Part shown: one piece after another, positions 1 to 8,723 of the stretch
How positions within the stretch are numbered: the stretch's first letter is position 1
How the letters are laid out: the number at the start of each line of letters is the position of its first letter
NCBI GenBank assembly: GCA_035644195.1
Contig: DASQOZ010000015.1
Coordinates: 7,580-71,579 of the forward strand
DNA from: Candidatus Methylomirabilota bacterium
GTDB lineage: Bacteria; Verrucomicrobiota; Verrucomicrobiia; Limisphaerales; UBA11358
DNA length: 64,000 nucleotides
Direction: 5' to 3'
Position numbers and translations under genes: made by a program
The notes under the pieces: generated by a model
Seen by the model: the letters and a program-made list of their open reading frames with translations, nothing else
Told to the model about the DNA's origin: nothing
Databases searched by the model: none

Positions 1-1
1 C

Positions 2-1435
2 AAACGCGAATGGGAAGCCAAAGGCGAAAAATTTGACTTCAAGGATTTCGTTCCAAAGCCAGTGGCAGACGACCAAAATTTTGCGCTGACGCCGATTATT
101 GCAAGCAGTTATGAATACATTTTGGATAAAAACGGGCACCGAATAATTCCACAAAACACAAACGTCATTGATCGGTTGAGTCTGAAAATATTTGACGAAT
201 ATTCTTCAGACAATCCGACCAATGGTTATTGGGCAATTGGAAGAAAAACCGATTTGAAGGCCTTTCAACTTTACTATCGGACACTGGCCGCAAAGACAAA
301 CGAGTTTCCGATTGCATCACAACCGCAATCGCCCGCCGCCGACGTTTTGCTGGCCTTGAGCAAATACGATTCAACAATCGAAGAATTGCGCGTGGCAAGC
401 CGGCTGCCGGATTCACGATTTCCCTTGAATTACGAGGCTGATCCGCCCGCAATCATTTTGCTGCCACACTTGGCGGGCTTGAAATATTGCAGTCAAGTCC
501 TGCAATTGCGAGCCGTTGCAGAATTACAAAACAATCAAAGCGACAAGGCTCTGGCCGATGTAAAATTGTCTTTGCGATTGATCGATTCCATCCGCATCGA
601 GCCGTTTTTGATTTCACATTTGGTGCGGATTGCGATGGTTCAAATCACACTTCAACCAATATGGGAAGGGCTGACGGAACACAAATGGTCGGACGCGCAA
701 TTGGCGGAACTGAATCAGGAACTGGCCAAGCTGGATTTTTTAACGGATTACGAATTCTCAATGCGCGGTGAACGGGCAAATTCGATTGCGGGTGTTGACC
801 ATCTGCGGCGCAAGCGGGATTTTCAGGAGATGATCAATATTGACTCGATGGACTCGGATACGTCCGGCATAGATCGGGAAACACCATTTTCTCAACAATT
901 GGCTGGGATTGCTTATCATTTAATTCCAAGCTCTGTCTTTTACCAAAACGAATTGGCTATTGCACAGATGCACCAGCAATGGACTCTACAATTCGTTAAT
1001 ATCGAACAAAGACTTGTTTTGCCCGAGATCACAACAAATTTTTCCAATGCCATTGATAAAATGCGGCAGCATTGGTCGCCAAATAATATACTTGCTCTCA
1101 TAATGCTCCCTGCCGTTGGCACGACGGTCAGAAAATACGCCTGCGCCCAAAGTTCCGTTGACATGGCGCGCGTCGCCTGCGCGCTGGAGCGTTATCGTCT
1201 TGCGCACGGCGAATATCCTGAAACGCTCGACGTGCTAGTGCCGCAGTTCATCGAAAAAATTCCGCGCGACATCATCGGCGGCCAGCCATTGCATTATCGC
1301 CGCACCGATGATGGAAAATTTCTGCTTTATTCCGTCGGCTGGAATGAAACTGATGATGGCGGCGTGATTGTCTTTAGAAAAGATTCAAAAACTTCCATTG
1401 ACAATGTGCAAGGCGATTGGGTCTGGAAAAATTGA
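2..1435 (+). CDS. conserved hypothetical protein, 5' end outside window
   Basis: The frame of ORF 62..1435 stays open back to base 2 with no stop, so the gene probably starts upstream. No catalytic motif was recognised. Confidence 0.6.
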   Translation, partial: KREWEAKGEKFDFKDFVPKPVADDQNFALTPIIASSYEYILDKNGHRIIPQNTNVIDRLSLKIFDEYSSDNPTNGYWAIGRKTDLKAFQLYYRTLAAKTNEFPIASQPQSPAADVLLALSKYDSTIEELRVASRLPDSRFPLNYEADPPAIILLPHLAGLKYCSQVLQLRAVAELQNNQSDKALADVKLSLRLIDSIRIEPFLISHLVRIAMVQITLQPIWEGLTEHKWSDAQLAELNQELAKLDFLTDYEFSMRGERANSIAGVDHLRRKRDFQEMINIDSMDSDTSGIDRETPFSQQLAGIAYHLIPSSVFYQNELAIAQMHQQWTLQFVNIEQRLVLPEITTNFSNAIDKMRQHWSPNNILALIMLPAVGTTVRKYACAQSSVDMARVACALERYRLAHGEYPETLDVLVPQFIEKIPRDIIGGQPLHYRRTDDGKFLLYSVGWNETDDGGVIVFRKDSKTSIDNVQGDWVWKN

Positions 1436-1505
1436 CGCCCAATTCTCACTTCACCTTCATCCAAAACTCGCTCGCGTCCCTCATTTTTTCCAGATTGCCG
1501 CCGTT

Positions 1506-2393
1506 CTATTCGCGCGAGTCTCCTTTGAGCAGCGTTAGAAATTGTTTCATCGCGGGCGACAGGACTTTGTTCTTTTTGTAAACTGCGGCAAGTGGGCGAT
1601 AAAAATCACCATCTTCAATCGGCAATGCGGCGAGCGTTTGCTTGGCGATTTCCTGTCCGATGGTTCCGAGCGGCACAATGGAAATGCCCGCGTCAATCTC
1701 CACGGCGCGTTTGACGGTTTCGATGTTGTCGAATTCCATCACGTTGTTGACGGTGATGCCGTATTCGCGAAGGATTTTATCGAGTGCCTTGCGCGTGGGA
1801 ATGTCCGGCTCGAAGCCGACAAATTTTTGGCCGACCAGCGATTTGAGCGCGACGCTTTTTTGTTTCACGAACGGATGTTGCGGATGGCAAATGAGGACGA
1901 GCGGGTCTTTACGCAACGGAATGGTTTCCAATTTCGGATCTTTCGTCGGATAAGCGACGAGCCCCAAATCCACGACGTTGCCGAGCACGTCGTCATAAAC
2001 CTGATTGGCGCGGCGGTATTCGACGTGGACGTTCACGGTCGGATACGACTTCATGAATTTTTTCACATACGGCGGCAAATCGTGCAAGCCGATGGAATAA
2101 ATCGTGGCAAGACGGATCGTGCCGGAGATGATGTCCTTCAATTCCTGCAATTTGCTGTGGAGCGATTCGTAGGTCTGGATGATTTGCTTGCTGTAATCGT
2201 AAAGCACCTGGCCTTCGCGCGTGAGGCGGAATTTTTTCTTGCTGCGTTCGATGAGCAGGGATTTGAACGTGCGTTCCAGCGCGCTGATTTGCTGGCTGAC
2301 GGCGGATTGCGTCACGCCGTTGATTTGCGCGGCTTTGGTAAAACTTTCCGTTTCCGCCAGATCGCAAAACACTTTGAGGCTGTCAATTTGCAT
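1506..2393 (-). CDS. LysR-family transcriptional regulator
   Basis: The N-terminal HTH 'FTKAAQINGVTQSAVSQQISALE' and the ~295-aa length are typical of LysR substrate-binding architecture. Confidence 0.9.
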   Translation of the reverse strand: MQIDSLKVFCDLAETESFTKAAQINGVTQSAVSQQISALERTFKSLLIERSKKKFRLTREGQVLYDYSKQIIQTYESLHSKLQELKDIISGTIRLATIYSIGLHDLPPYVKKFMKSYPTVNVHVEYRRANQVYDDVLGNVVDLGLVAYPTKDPKLETIPLRKDPLVLICHPQHPFVKQKSVALKSLVGQKFVGFEPDIPTRKALDKILREYGITVNNVMEFDNIETVKRAVEIDAGISIVPLGTIGQEIAKQTLAALPIEDGDFYRPLAAVYKKNKVLSPAMKQFLTLLKGDSRE

Positions 2394-2415
2394 AATTCAT
2401 TAAATAAAAAATTGT

Positions 2416-3639
2416 TCAACCGTCAATGATTGCCTGTTTCACTTTTGCCAGCAAATCCGCGCTCGTGAACGGCTTGCGCAACGAATTGGTGCCGGTTTGT
2501 TTTTCCGCGCCCAAATAACCGCTCATGCAAATCAGCTTGACGGTCGGCGCCAGTTGCCGGATGCGATCAATCAATTCGCGTCCGCCCATGCCCGGCATCA
2601 CCAAATCCGTGAGCACCAGATCCACGTTCGGATCGCCGCGTGATAAAATGTTCAGCGCGCGCTGGCCGCTGCTGGCCGTCAAAACTTTGTAACCGTAATC
2701 GGTCAAAATGGTTTCCGTCATCGTCAACAACATATCCTCGTCGTCCACGACCAAAACAGTTTCCGCGCCGTGCAAATCCGCCGGCTTGTTGCCGACGGCA
2801 TCGCTGATCAATTGCTTTTCCGCCGGCAGATAAATGCGCGCCGACGTGCCGTGGCCCGGCTGGCTCGAAATCGCCACGCCGCCGCCATGATTGCTGATGA
2901 TCCCATAAACCAGCGCAAGGCCGAGGCCGCGATGCCCTTCTTTTTTCGTCGTAAAGAACGGCTCAAAAATTCGCGGCAAAACGTCCAGTTCGATGCCGCC
3001 GCCGCTGTCGGCGATTTCCACGCACACATAGATGCCCGCCGCCAGCCGCACGTTGCAATCCTGCGCGGGCGCGGCCAATTCAACGTTGTGCGTCTGCACC
3101 GTGATCTGCCCGATGCCTTTCGGCAGCGATTCAACCGCGTTCTCTAAAATTTTTGTCAACGCCTGCTGCACCTTCGCTTCGTCGAACCGCGCGGTGAACA
3201 TGGATTTTTCCAACTGCAATTTCCATGTGACATTCGTGCCGTGCGCGTTCCGAAAAAAATCCACGCAACGGTTGACGATGATGTTCAGGTTTCCCGCCGG
3301 CGTGCGGGGTATTTCCTTTTCCTGCCGGCTGAAAATTTGCAATTCGTTTGCGATTTCCGCCGCCGCCGCCGCCGATTTTTCCACCTCCATCAGCGAATGC
3401 CGCCACGGATGCCCCGGCTCGGCCTTGCTCAATAAAAATGACGTGTGCCCGAGAATGCTTGTGAGCGCATTGTTGAAATCCAGCGACACCGTCCGCGCCA
3501 ATTGCAGCGCGCAGTCCAGTTTCTGCTTGAGGATCAAACCATTCGTGTCCACAACAGGCTTCGCTTCAGCCGCCGCCGGTTGAATGGGCGATGCCAGCGG
3601 CACTGCGGGCGCAAGAACTGATGGATTTTCGTCACTCAT
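2416..3639 (-). CDS. hybrid sensor histidine kinase / response regulator (soluble)
   Basis: It has an H-box '[11 protein letters not shown]', HATPase G-boxes 'DSGGGI' and 'GLGLALV', and a C-terminal receiver 'VLVVDDE...[13 protein letters not shown]'. No TM segments were seen. Confidence 0.85.
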   Translation of the reverse strand: MSDENPSVLAPAVPLASPIQPAAAEAKPVVDTNGLILKQKLDCALQLARTVSLDFNNALTSILGHTSFLLSKAEPGHPWRHSLMEVEKSAAAAAEIANELQIFSRQEKEIPRTPAGNLNIIVNRCVDFFRNAHGTNVTWKLQLEKSMFTARFDEAKVQQALTKILENAVESLPKGIGQITVQTHNVELAAPAQDCNVRLAAGIYVCVEIADSGGGIELDVLPRIFEPFFTTKKEGHRGLGLALVYGIISNHGGGVAISSQPGHGTSARIYLPAEKQLISDAVGNKPADLHGAETVLVVDDEDMLLTMTETILTDYGYKVLTASSGQRALNILSRGDPNVDLVLTDLVMPGMGGRELIDRIRQLAPTVKLICMSGYLGAEKQTGTNSLRKPFTSADLLAKVKQAIIDG

Positions 3640-3740
3640 TCGCTTTTCTAATATATCAAGCGTATGACTTTTTCCTTAAATATCAAGGAACAGTCACAAA
3701 GGGTTTTGGAAGCAACTCTCGCACCGAGAATTCATAAATC

Positions 3741-4568
3741 TTATTCAATGTTTGCGCCCGAATACAATTCCGCAAAATTTTTAATCAACGTCGCTCCCGC
3801 TTTCCCAACGCGCTCCGCCGTTTCCAAAACTTCCGCGTGCGACAATTTTTCTTTGCTGATGCCAGCCGCCAGATTTGTGACACAGGAAATCGCCGCGACG
3901 CGCATTCCGCATTGCTGCGCGACAATCGCTTCCGGCACGGTGCTCATGCCGACGGCATCCGCGCCGAGTTTTGCGAATGCGCGGATTTCCGCTGGGGTTT
4001 CATAGCTCGGCCCGCTCACAGCCAGATAAACACCGCGTTGCAATTTTAGTTTGGAAATTTTTCCAGCCTTGAACAAAACTTCGCGCAATTTCTTGTCGTA
4101 AGTCTCCGTCAAATCTACGAATCGCGGCAAACCTAGAATGTGAGCGCCGCGCAGCGGGTTTGCTCCGATGAAATTGATATGGTCGGTGAGAACCATGAAA
4201 TCGCCCGGGCGGAAATTTTTATTGATGCCGCCCGCTGCGTTCGTCAAAAGCAAATCTTTGATGCCGAAGGCCGCTAGCGTGCGCGTGGCGAAGGTGACGC
4301 GTTCCATTTCGTGGCCTTCGTAAAAATGCGCGCGGCCGCTCAAGACCAGCACCGGCGTTTTGCCCAGATGGCCGAAATACAATTCGCCCGCGTGGCCGCT
4401 GACGGTCGGTTTGGGGAAGCCGGGGATTTTGGCGTAAGAAATTTTTTCCCCGCGCAGTTCCGTCAGCCCGTGGTGAAAACCGCTGCCGAGCACGATGGCG
4501 AGCGTCGGGCGCAGCGGTGAAATTTTTTTGAGGTGCGCGGCGGCGGTTTTGGGATTTGGCAAATCCAT
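3741..4568 (-). CDS. punA: purine nucleoside phosphorylase (PNP/MTAP family)
   Basis: It carries 'LGSGF', 'SGHAGELYFG', 'GRAHFYEG' and 'SGPSYETPAE...GADAVGMSTVPE'. Confidence 0.9.
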   Translation of the reverse strand: MDLPNPKTAAAHLKKISPLRPTLAIVLGSGFHHGLTELRGEKISYAKIPGFPKPTVSGHAGELYFGHLGKTPVLVLSGRAHFYEGHEMERVTFATRTLAAFGIKDLLLTNAAGGINKNFRPGDFMVLTDHINFIGANPLRGAHILGLPRFVDLTETYDKKLREVLFKAGKISKLKLQRGVYLAVSGPSYETPAEIRAFAKLGADAVGMSTVPEAIVAQQCGMRVAAISCVTNLAAGISKEKLSHAEVLETAERVGKAGATLIKNFAELYSGANIE

Positions 4569-4597
4569 TTAATTCAGTCTAATCTTCAATAGCTAAA

Positions 4598-4607
4598 AGC
4601 CAATAAA
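4598..4607. repeat. left copy of 10-bp inverted repeat AGCCAATAAA
   Basis: Its exact reverse complement occurs at 5552..5561. It abuts the ATG of 4608..5168. Confidence 0.6.
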
Positions 4608-5168
4608 ATGTCTTCCAAAACAAAAGACGAAAAGAAATTGATTCGCCTCATCAGCGCCTATGCTGACATTAAAAATTCAATTCGCACTGGCCAATTATTG
4701 ATGTCAGGAGTCCCTGATGAAATTTTTGAAGATATTTTCTTGTCGTTTGTTATGTCTTATGGACGGCCATTCAAAGAAAGCCAGGGAGTCGGCTGCATAA
4801 TTTGCGACTACCCTAATTATCCAACTTTTGGAGACTCTGAAATGCCAGTGCGTCATTCGCGGATGATAGATTTGAGAGACAAATTTCTTGCCCACAGCAG
4901 CGCAGAAGGAACGAGAATTTTGATAACTCCTCCAAATGTTATACCTCCGCTTGGCGGAGTAATTTCTCTTCATTTCAGGCTGGATATTGGAAAGCGCGAA
5001 TTTGGAGACATCAGATTTGTAGAATGGCTTTTAGAACTACCAAAGGGATTTTATTTCCAACTACGAGCTGATATTACAAACCAATTGCAGAAAGTGTTTG
5101 GTTCTGGAAGTGATTTAAAACAGGCATTTGAATTGGCGACCGGCCACGAAAATTTCCAGTGGAAATAA
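4608..5168 (+). CDS. hypothetical protein with HEPN-like R-x5-H motif
   Basis: This is a 186-aa ORF in a block that looks AT-rich by eye. 'LRDKFLAHSS' resembles the Abi-type HEPN signature. No other family was recognised. Confidence 0.6.
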   Translation: MSSKTKDEKKLIRLISAYADIKNSIRTGQLLMSGVPDEIFEDIFLSFVMSYGRPFKESQGVGCIICDYPNYPTFGDSEMPVRHSRMIDLRDKFLAHSSAEGTRILITPPNVIPPLGGVISLHFRLDIGKREFGDIRFVEWLLELPKGFYFQLRADITNQLQKVFGSGSDLKQAFELATGHENFQWK

Positions 5169-5178
5169 TCGCGAATCT

Positions 5179-5547
5179 TCATTTCCATTTGCTGTGTCTG
5201 GAGTTGTGAGATCGCGTTGACCATTCCAAATTGTCCACGCGGTTATTGGATCGGTTGCGGTCTTTGTGATTGACCACCTCGTGTTTGTCGCTCGGTTTGA
5301 CAAGGAAAGTTTCAGCGATGATGCGATGCGATAACTTGGTAATTTGTTTGCTGTTTTTCATGAATCCGACATGCAGATAACCGTTATGTGCAACTGTTCC
5401 TCCGACGGTTTTGCAGTCATATTTTCTTCTGAATCGTCCAAACGTAGAGGCTTCATATAGTGGAAACTCTTTAATTATTTTCCACTCTTCACGCGCCGCC
5501 GCATTAGGCGTTTCGGATTCGACAATGCGGAAAAATTCAAGTTGCAT
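5179..5547 (-). CDS. NUMOD4 + HNH (HNH_3) homing-endonuclease-like protein
   Basis: It has the NUMOD4 string 'EEWKIIKEFPLYEASTFGRFRR' and the HNH string 'VVNHKDRNRSNNRVDNLEWSTRSHN'. Confidence 0.8.
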   Translation of the reverse strand: MQLEFFRIVESETPNAAAREEWKIIKEFPLYEASTFGRFRRKYDCKTVGGTVAHNGYLHVGFMKNSKQITKLSHRIIAETFLVKPSDKHEVVNHKDRNRSNNRVDNLEWSTRSHNSRHSKWK

Positions 5548-5551
5548 TTGA

Positions 5552-5561
5552 TTTATTGGCT
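5552..5561. repeat. right copy (TTTATTGGCT) of 10-bp inverted repeat
   Basis: It is the reverse complement of 4598..4607 and lies 4 nt upstream of the HNH gene ATG on the minus strand. Confidence 0.6.
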
Positions 5562-5634
5562 CGTGGAGTTTCTTTGTTCAAATTGCCCGACTTGATTTCC
5601 TTCGCCGCTGCATTACTATACTTTCCCTTTGATT

Positions 5635-6777
5635 ATGGAATTGAACAATGACGAAATCCGCCGTTACTCGCGGCACCTGATTCTGCCCGAAGTCGGTCTG
5701 GCTGGCCAAAAGAAAATCAAGGCCGCGAGCGTCCTGTGCATCGGCGCGGGCGGTCTCGGCTCGCCCATCGCCATGTATCTCGCCGCCGCCGGCATCGGCA
5801 AAATCGGCATCGTGGATTTCGACACGGTGGATTTTTCCAACCTGCAACGGCAGATTCTCCACACGGACGCGGACGTGGGCCGTTCCAAGGCCGAATCGGC
5901 CAAGGAAACCATCCGCGGCATCAATCCGCATTGCGAAGTCGTCATCCATAACACGCGCATCTCGTCCGAAAACGCGCTCGACCTCATCCGACCTTACGAC
6001 ATCGTCGTGGACGGCACGGATAATTTTCCGACGCGCTATCTCACGAACGACGCGTGTGTGCTGCTCAAAAAGCCCAATGTCTATGGCTCGATTTTCCGAT
6101 TCGAGGGGCAGGCCAGTGTCTTTGCGCCGCATCTCGGCGGACCGTGTTATCGCTGTCTCTATCCTGAACCGCCGCCGCCCGGCATGGTTCCAAGCTGTGC
6201 GGAAGGCGGCGTGCTCGGCGTGCTGCCCGGCATCATCGGCTGCATCCAGGCAACGGAAATTTTGAAGCTCGCCATCGGCAAAGGAAATTTGCTCGTCGGC
6301 CGATTGCTGTTGTTCAACGCGCTCGACATGAAATTTCGCGAATTGAAATTGCGTCGCGACCCGGCGTGTCCCGTTTGCGGCGATCATCCGACGATCAAGG
6401 AATTGATTGACTACGAAGTGTTCTGCGGCATTGAGCCAACGAAGGAAGATGAAAATCCCGACGAAGTGACCGTGCAGGAAATGAAGAAGGCTTTGGACGA
6501 TCCAAAACTCGGCATCAAGATCATTGACGTGCGCGAACCGTTTGAATACGAAATCGCGCGCATCGAAGGCGTGCCGCTCTTGCCCATGAGCGAGTTGCAG
6601 CAGCGTTTCACCGAACTCGACCCGAACACGCAGTATTATCTGCTCTGCAAAGTCGGCGCTCGCTCGCATTCGGCGGTGGAATTTTTGCGCGAGCAGGGTT
6701 TCAAATACGTGAAGAACGTCAAAGGCGGCACGAACGCATGGTCGGATGAGATTGACCGCAACGTGCCGAGGTATTGA
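5635..6777 (+). CDS. moeB: MoeB/ThiF-type adenylyltransferase (E1-like) with C-terminal rhodanese domain
   Basis: It has 'RYSRHLILPEVG..GQ..L..ASVLCIGAGGLGSP', CxxC pairs, and a C-terminal rhodanese 'YYLLCKVGARS'. ATG at 5635 is preferred over TTG at 5629. Confidence 0.9.
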   Translation: MELNNDEIRRYSRHLILPEVGLAGQKKIKAASVLCIGAGGLGSPIAMYLAAAGIGKIGIVDFDTVDFSNLQRQILHTDADVGRSKAESAKETIRGINPHCEVVIHNTRISSENALDLIRPYDIVVDGTDNFPTRYLTNDACVLLKKPNVYGSIFRFEGQASVFAPHLGGPCYRCLYPEPPPPGMVPSCAEGGVLGVLPGIIGCIQATEILKLAIGKGNLLVGRLLLFNALDMKFRELKLRRDPACPVCGDHPTIKELIDYEVFCGIEPTKEDENPDEVTVQEMKKALDDPKLGIKIIDVREPFEYEIARIEGVPLLPMSELQQRFTELDPNTQYYLLCKVGARSHSAVEFLREQGFKYVKNVKGGTNAWSDEIDRNVPRY

Positions 6778-6859
6778 AAATTGTTGAAAAAAAGATGCCG
6801 TTTGGCAGTTTGGCAAATTTTCCATTGACACCTTTGCAGAAAGCGCAGATAAGAGTGTC

Positions 6860-7537
6860 ATGAAAACGATTCAAAAAGTTGTTTTTCTAATCAGTGTTCT
6901 TCTACTGGCAACGAACTCGTATGCTGGCCGCTGGCTTACCAAAGACCCGATTGGATTCATGGAGCGTGACCCGAAACCGACAACGCCTATCGCCGCAGTT
7001 GCGCCAAGCGTCCCAGAAATTGCTGGACCGCAATTGACGTTTTCCGACATTCAACAACAAATCAATCTCTATGACTACGTCGGAAATAATCCCATAAATC
7101 GTATTGACCCATTGGGATTATGGTGGTGGGATGGTGATTATGTTCAATATGGTCTTGGTTTTGGTGGGAGCGGAACTGCGAGTGGATTTTGGAGTGGCTT
7201 TGGCGAAGGCTGGTCAAAAGGAGGAGAAGGAGTTGTCAATGATTTTAGTGGCGGGTTGTTTAATAGCCAATCTGGTGCGTTGTATAACTATTTCGATCAA
7301 CTCGACCAAAACGCGTTTGGCAGCGGCATTAAGTGTGACAGTGCATTCAAATTCGGCAGCAATGCAGGGCGTGTTGCAGAAGGCGCGCTTTTAGCGGCTG
7401 GTGCTTTGTATACATACGAAGCAGCGACGGGATTTCGTATTGAGGTTCATGGAACTCACGGCTGGACATATCCGCACTTGCAAGGAATTCAAGGCCCAGG
7501 ATGGGGTCAAACCATTTGGCGTTTTCCACCACATTAA
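6860..7537 (+). CDS. secreted protein with RHS-repeat-associated core motif and Gly-rich C-terminal (toxin-like) domain
   Basis: A Sec-like signal 'MKTIQKVVFLISVLLLATNSYA' runs directly into 'GRWLTKDPIGF...NLYDYVGNNPINRIDPLGL'. A ~140-aa Gly/aromatic-rich tail follows. Confidence 0.7.
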   Translation: MKTIQKVVFLISVLLLATNSYAGRWLTKDPIGFMERDPKPTTPIAAVAPSVPEIAGPQLTFSDIQQQINLYDYVGNNPINRIDPLGLWWWDGDYVQYGLGFGGSGTASGFWSGFGEGWSKGGEGVVNDFSGGLFNSQSGALYNYFDQLDQNAFGSGIKCDSAFKFGSNAGRVAEGALLAAGALYTYEAATGFRIEVHGTHGWTYPHLQGIQGPGWGQTIWRFPPH

Positions 7538-7579
7538 ATTTTGAAGGCTGGGTTGGTAGACGCCATTGCTAAAGTAATT

Positions 7580-8032
7580 ATGAAAAAAAAGGATTACTTG
7601 GCGTCCGGCCATTGTTGGAAGATGACTGCGCCCAAAGATTTTAATAAATTTCTGCTCGCTCTTCCAAAAATACTTCCACCAGAATCGGTGTTGTGTATTG
7701 AAGCCTGCAGGACCCCAATTCACATCCGAGAATTCCTTTTGACGCGAAAAGCTCCAGTAACTAAAATACTGCCACGAGGAACAATCTTGCCCATATCTGA
7801 AGTATTTCACCTAGTTGCTTCCGACGAGAACTTGAAAGATTTTGAAGCGGTCATTTCAGCCTCCGATTCTTCAGGGATTCCAACGCACATTCAAGCCTAC
7901 AATCGTGAGTCCATCCTTCTCCAATGGTTCGATGCGTCTGCGGACGATCCGCTTTTTATCTCGAAGAAAATACGAGAAGATTTGCTGAAGGAGTTTTGCA
8001 CACAACTCGGTTCTCATCTTTCTGAAATATGA
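7580..8032 (+). CDS. hypothetical protein, candidate cognate immunity protein
   Basis: It lies immediately downstream of the Rhs-core gene in the same AT-rich-looking block. The call rests on position only. The start could instead be TTG 7541. Confidence 0.45.
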   Translation: MKKKDYLASGHCWKMTAPKDFNKFLLALPKILPPESVLCIEACRTPIHIREFLLTRKAPVTKILPRGTILPISEVFHLVASDENLKDFEAVISASDSSGIPTHIQAYNRESILLQWFDASADDPLFISKKIREDLLKEFCTQLGSHLSEI

Positions 8033-8092
8033 CAATTACAACTGCAAATCAAATTGCGGATATGGTGAGCTTCCGCTTCAATAAACGTCTTT

Positions 8093-8116
8093 GCGCCTTT
8101 GTGTCTCTGCGTTAAA
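8093..8116 (+). repeat. octamer-periodic leader repeat GCGCCTTT-GTGTCTCT-GCGTTAAA
   Basis: It matches 31672..31695 at 22/24 positions and ends 10 nt before the iscU ATG. Confidence 0.6.
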
Positions 8117-8126
8117 TTTTTTCCCA

Positions 8127-8615
8127 ATGACCGATGATCTGCAAAAACGCATTCAAGCCGCGCTCGCCAATCCGCAAAACATGGGCGAGATGACCGGCGC
8201 GGATTCCATTGGCACGGTGGGCAACGCCGATTGCGGCGAGATGCTGCGGCTGTGGGTGAAATTCAAGGAGCAGAACGGCAAGCGCGTCATTGACCGCGCG
8301 ACGTTCCAATCCTTCGGCTGTGAAACGGCCATCGCCGTCGCCAGCCTCGCGACGGAATTGATCCGCGGCAAAACCGCCGAGGAAGCGCTCGCGCTCAAGA
8401 CCGAGGAACTGGCCGGCGAACTCGGCCCGCTGCCGCCGATGAAAATCCATTGCGCCCAGCTCGTCGAAGGCGCGCTGCGTTCCGCGCTCGCACCACAAAG
8501 TGAAACGAAAAAAAAAATTTCTTCGACGCAAACCGTCGGCTCAACCTTGCTCGACAGTTTTTCCAAGCCGAAAGAAGGCGTGAAGTTGACTTTTCTGGAT
8601 GAGGAAAAAAGGTAG
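8127..8615 (+). CDS. iscU: IscU/NifU-type Fe-S cluster scaffold
   Basis: The three scaffold cysteines sit in 'NADCGEML', 'FGCETAIAV' and 'KIHCAQL'. Confidence 0.8.
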   Translation: MTDDLQKRIQAALANPQNMGEMTGADSIGTVGNADCGEMLRLWVKFKEQNGKRVIDRATFQSFGCETAIAVASLATELIRGKTAEEALALKTEELAGELGPLPPMKIHCAQLVEGALRSALAPQSETKKKISSTQTVGSTLLDSFSKPKEGVKLTFLDEEKR

Positions 8616-8655
8616 GGCTGCGCTGCCGCGCAGCCGGACGACCAGCAGGTCGTCC
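8616..8655. repeat. two tandem perfect GC-rich hairpins (REP-like, possible terminator)
   Basis: The first is GGCTGCGC-tgcc-GCGCAGCC (8616-8635). The second is GGACGACC-agca-GGTCGTCC (8636-8655). They start directly after the iscU stop. Confidence 0.55.
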
Positions 8656-8723
8656 CTGCCATTTTCAATTTCCCATGCGAAACCTTTTTGTTACATTTTT
8701 GATGATTTGGCAAGGATTGTTTT

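Noticed and set aside
5578-6861. 427-aa ORF on the minus strand
   Set aside because: It is fully antisense to the well-supported moeB gene. Its composition is Arg/Ala/His-rich and low in complexity, typical of shadow ORFs in GC-rich DNA, and it has no motifs. The same reasoning rejects the long shadow ORFs 1542..2429(+), 8153..8893(-), 11775..12566(+), 14303..14989(+), 35798..36850(-), 49565..50875(+), 52086..53438(-), 56657..57634(+) and 62592..63191(-).
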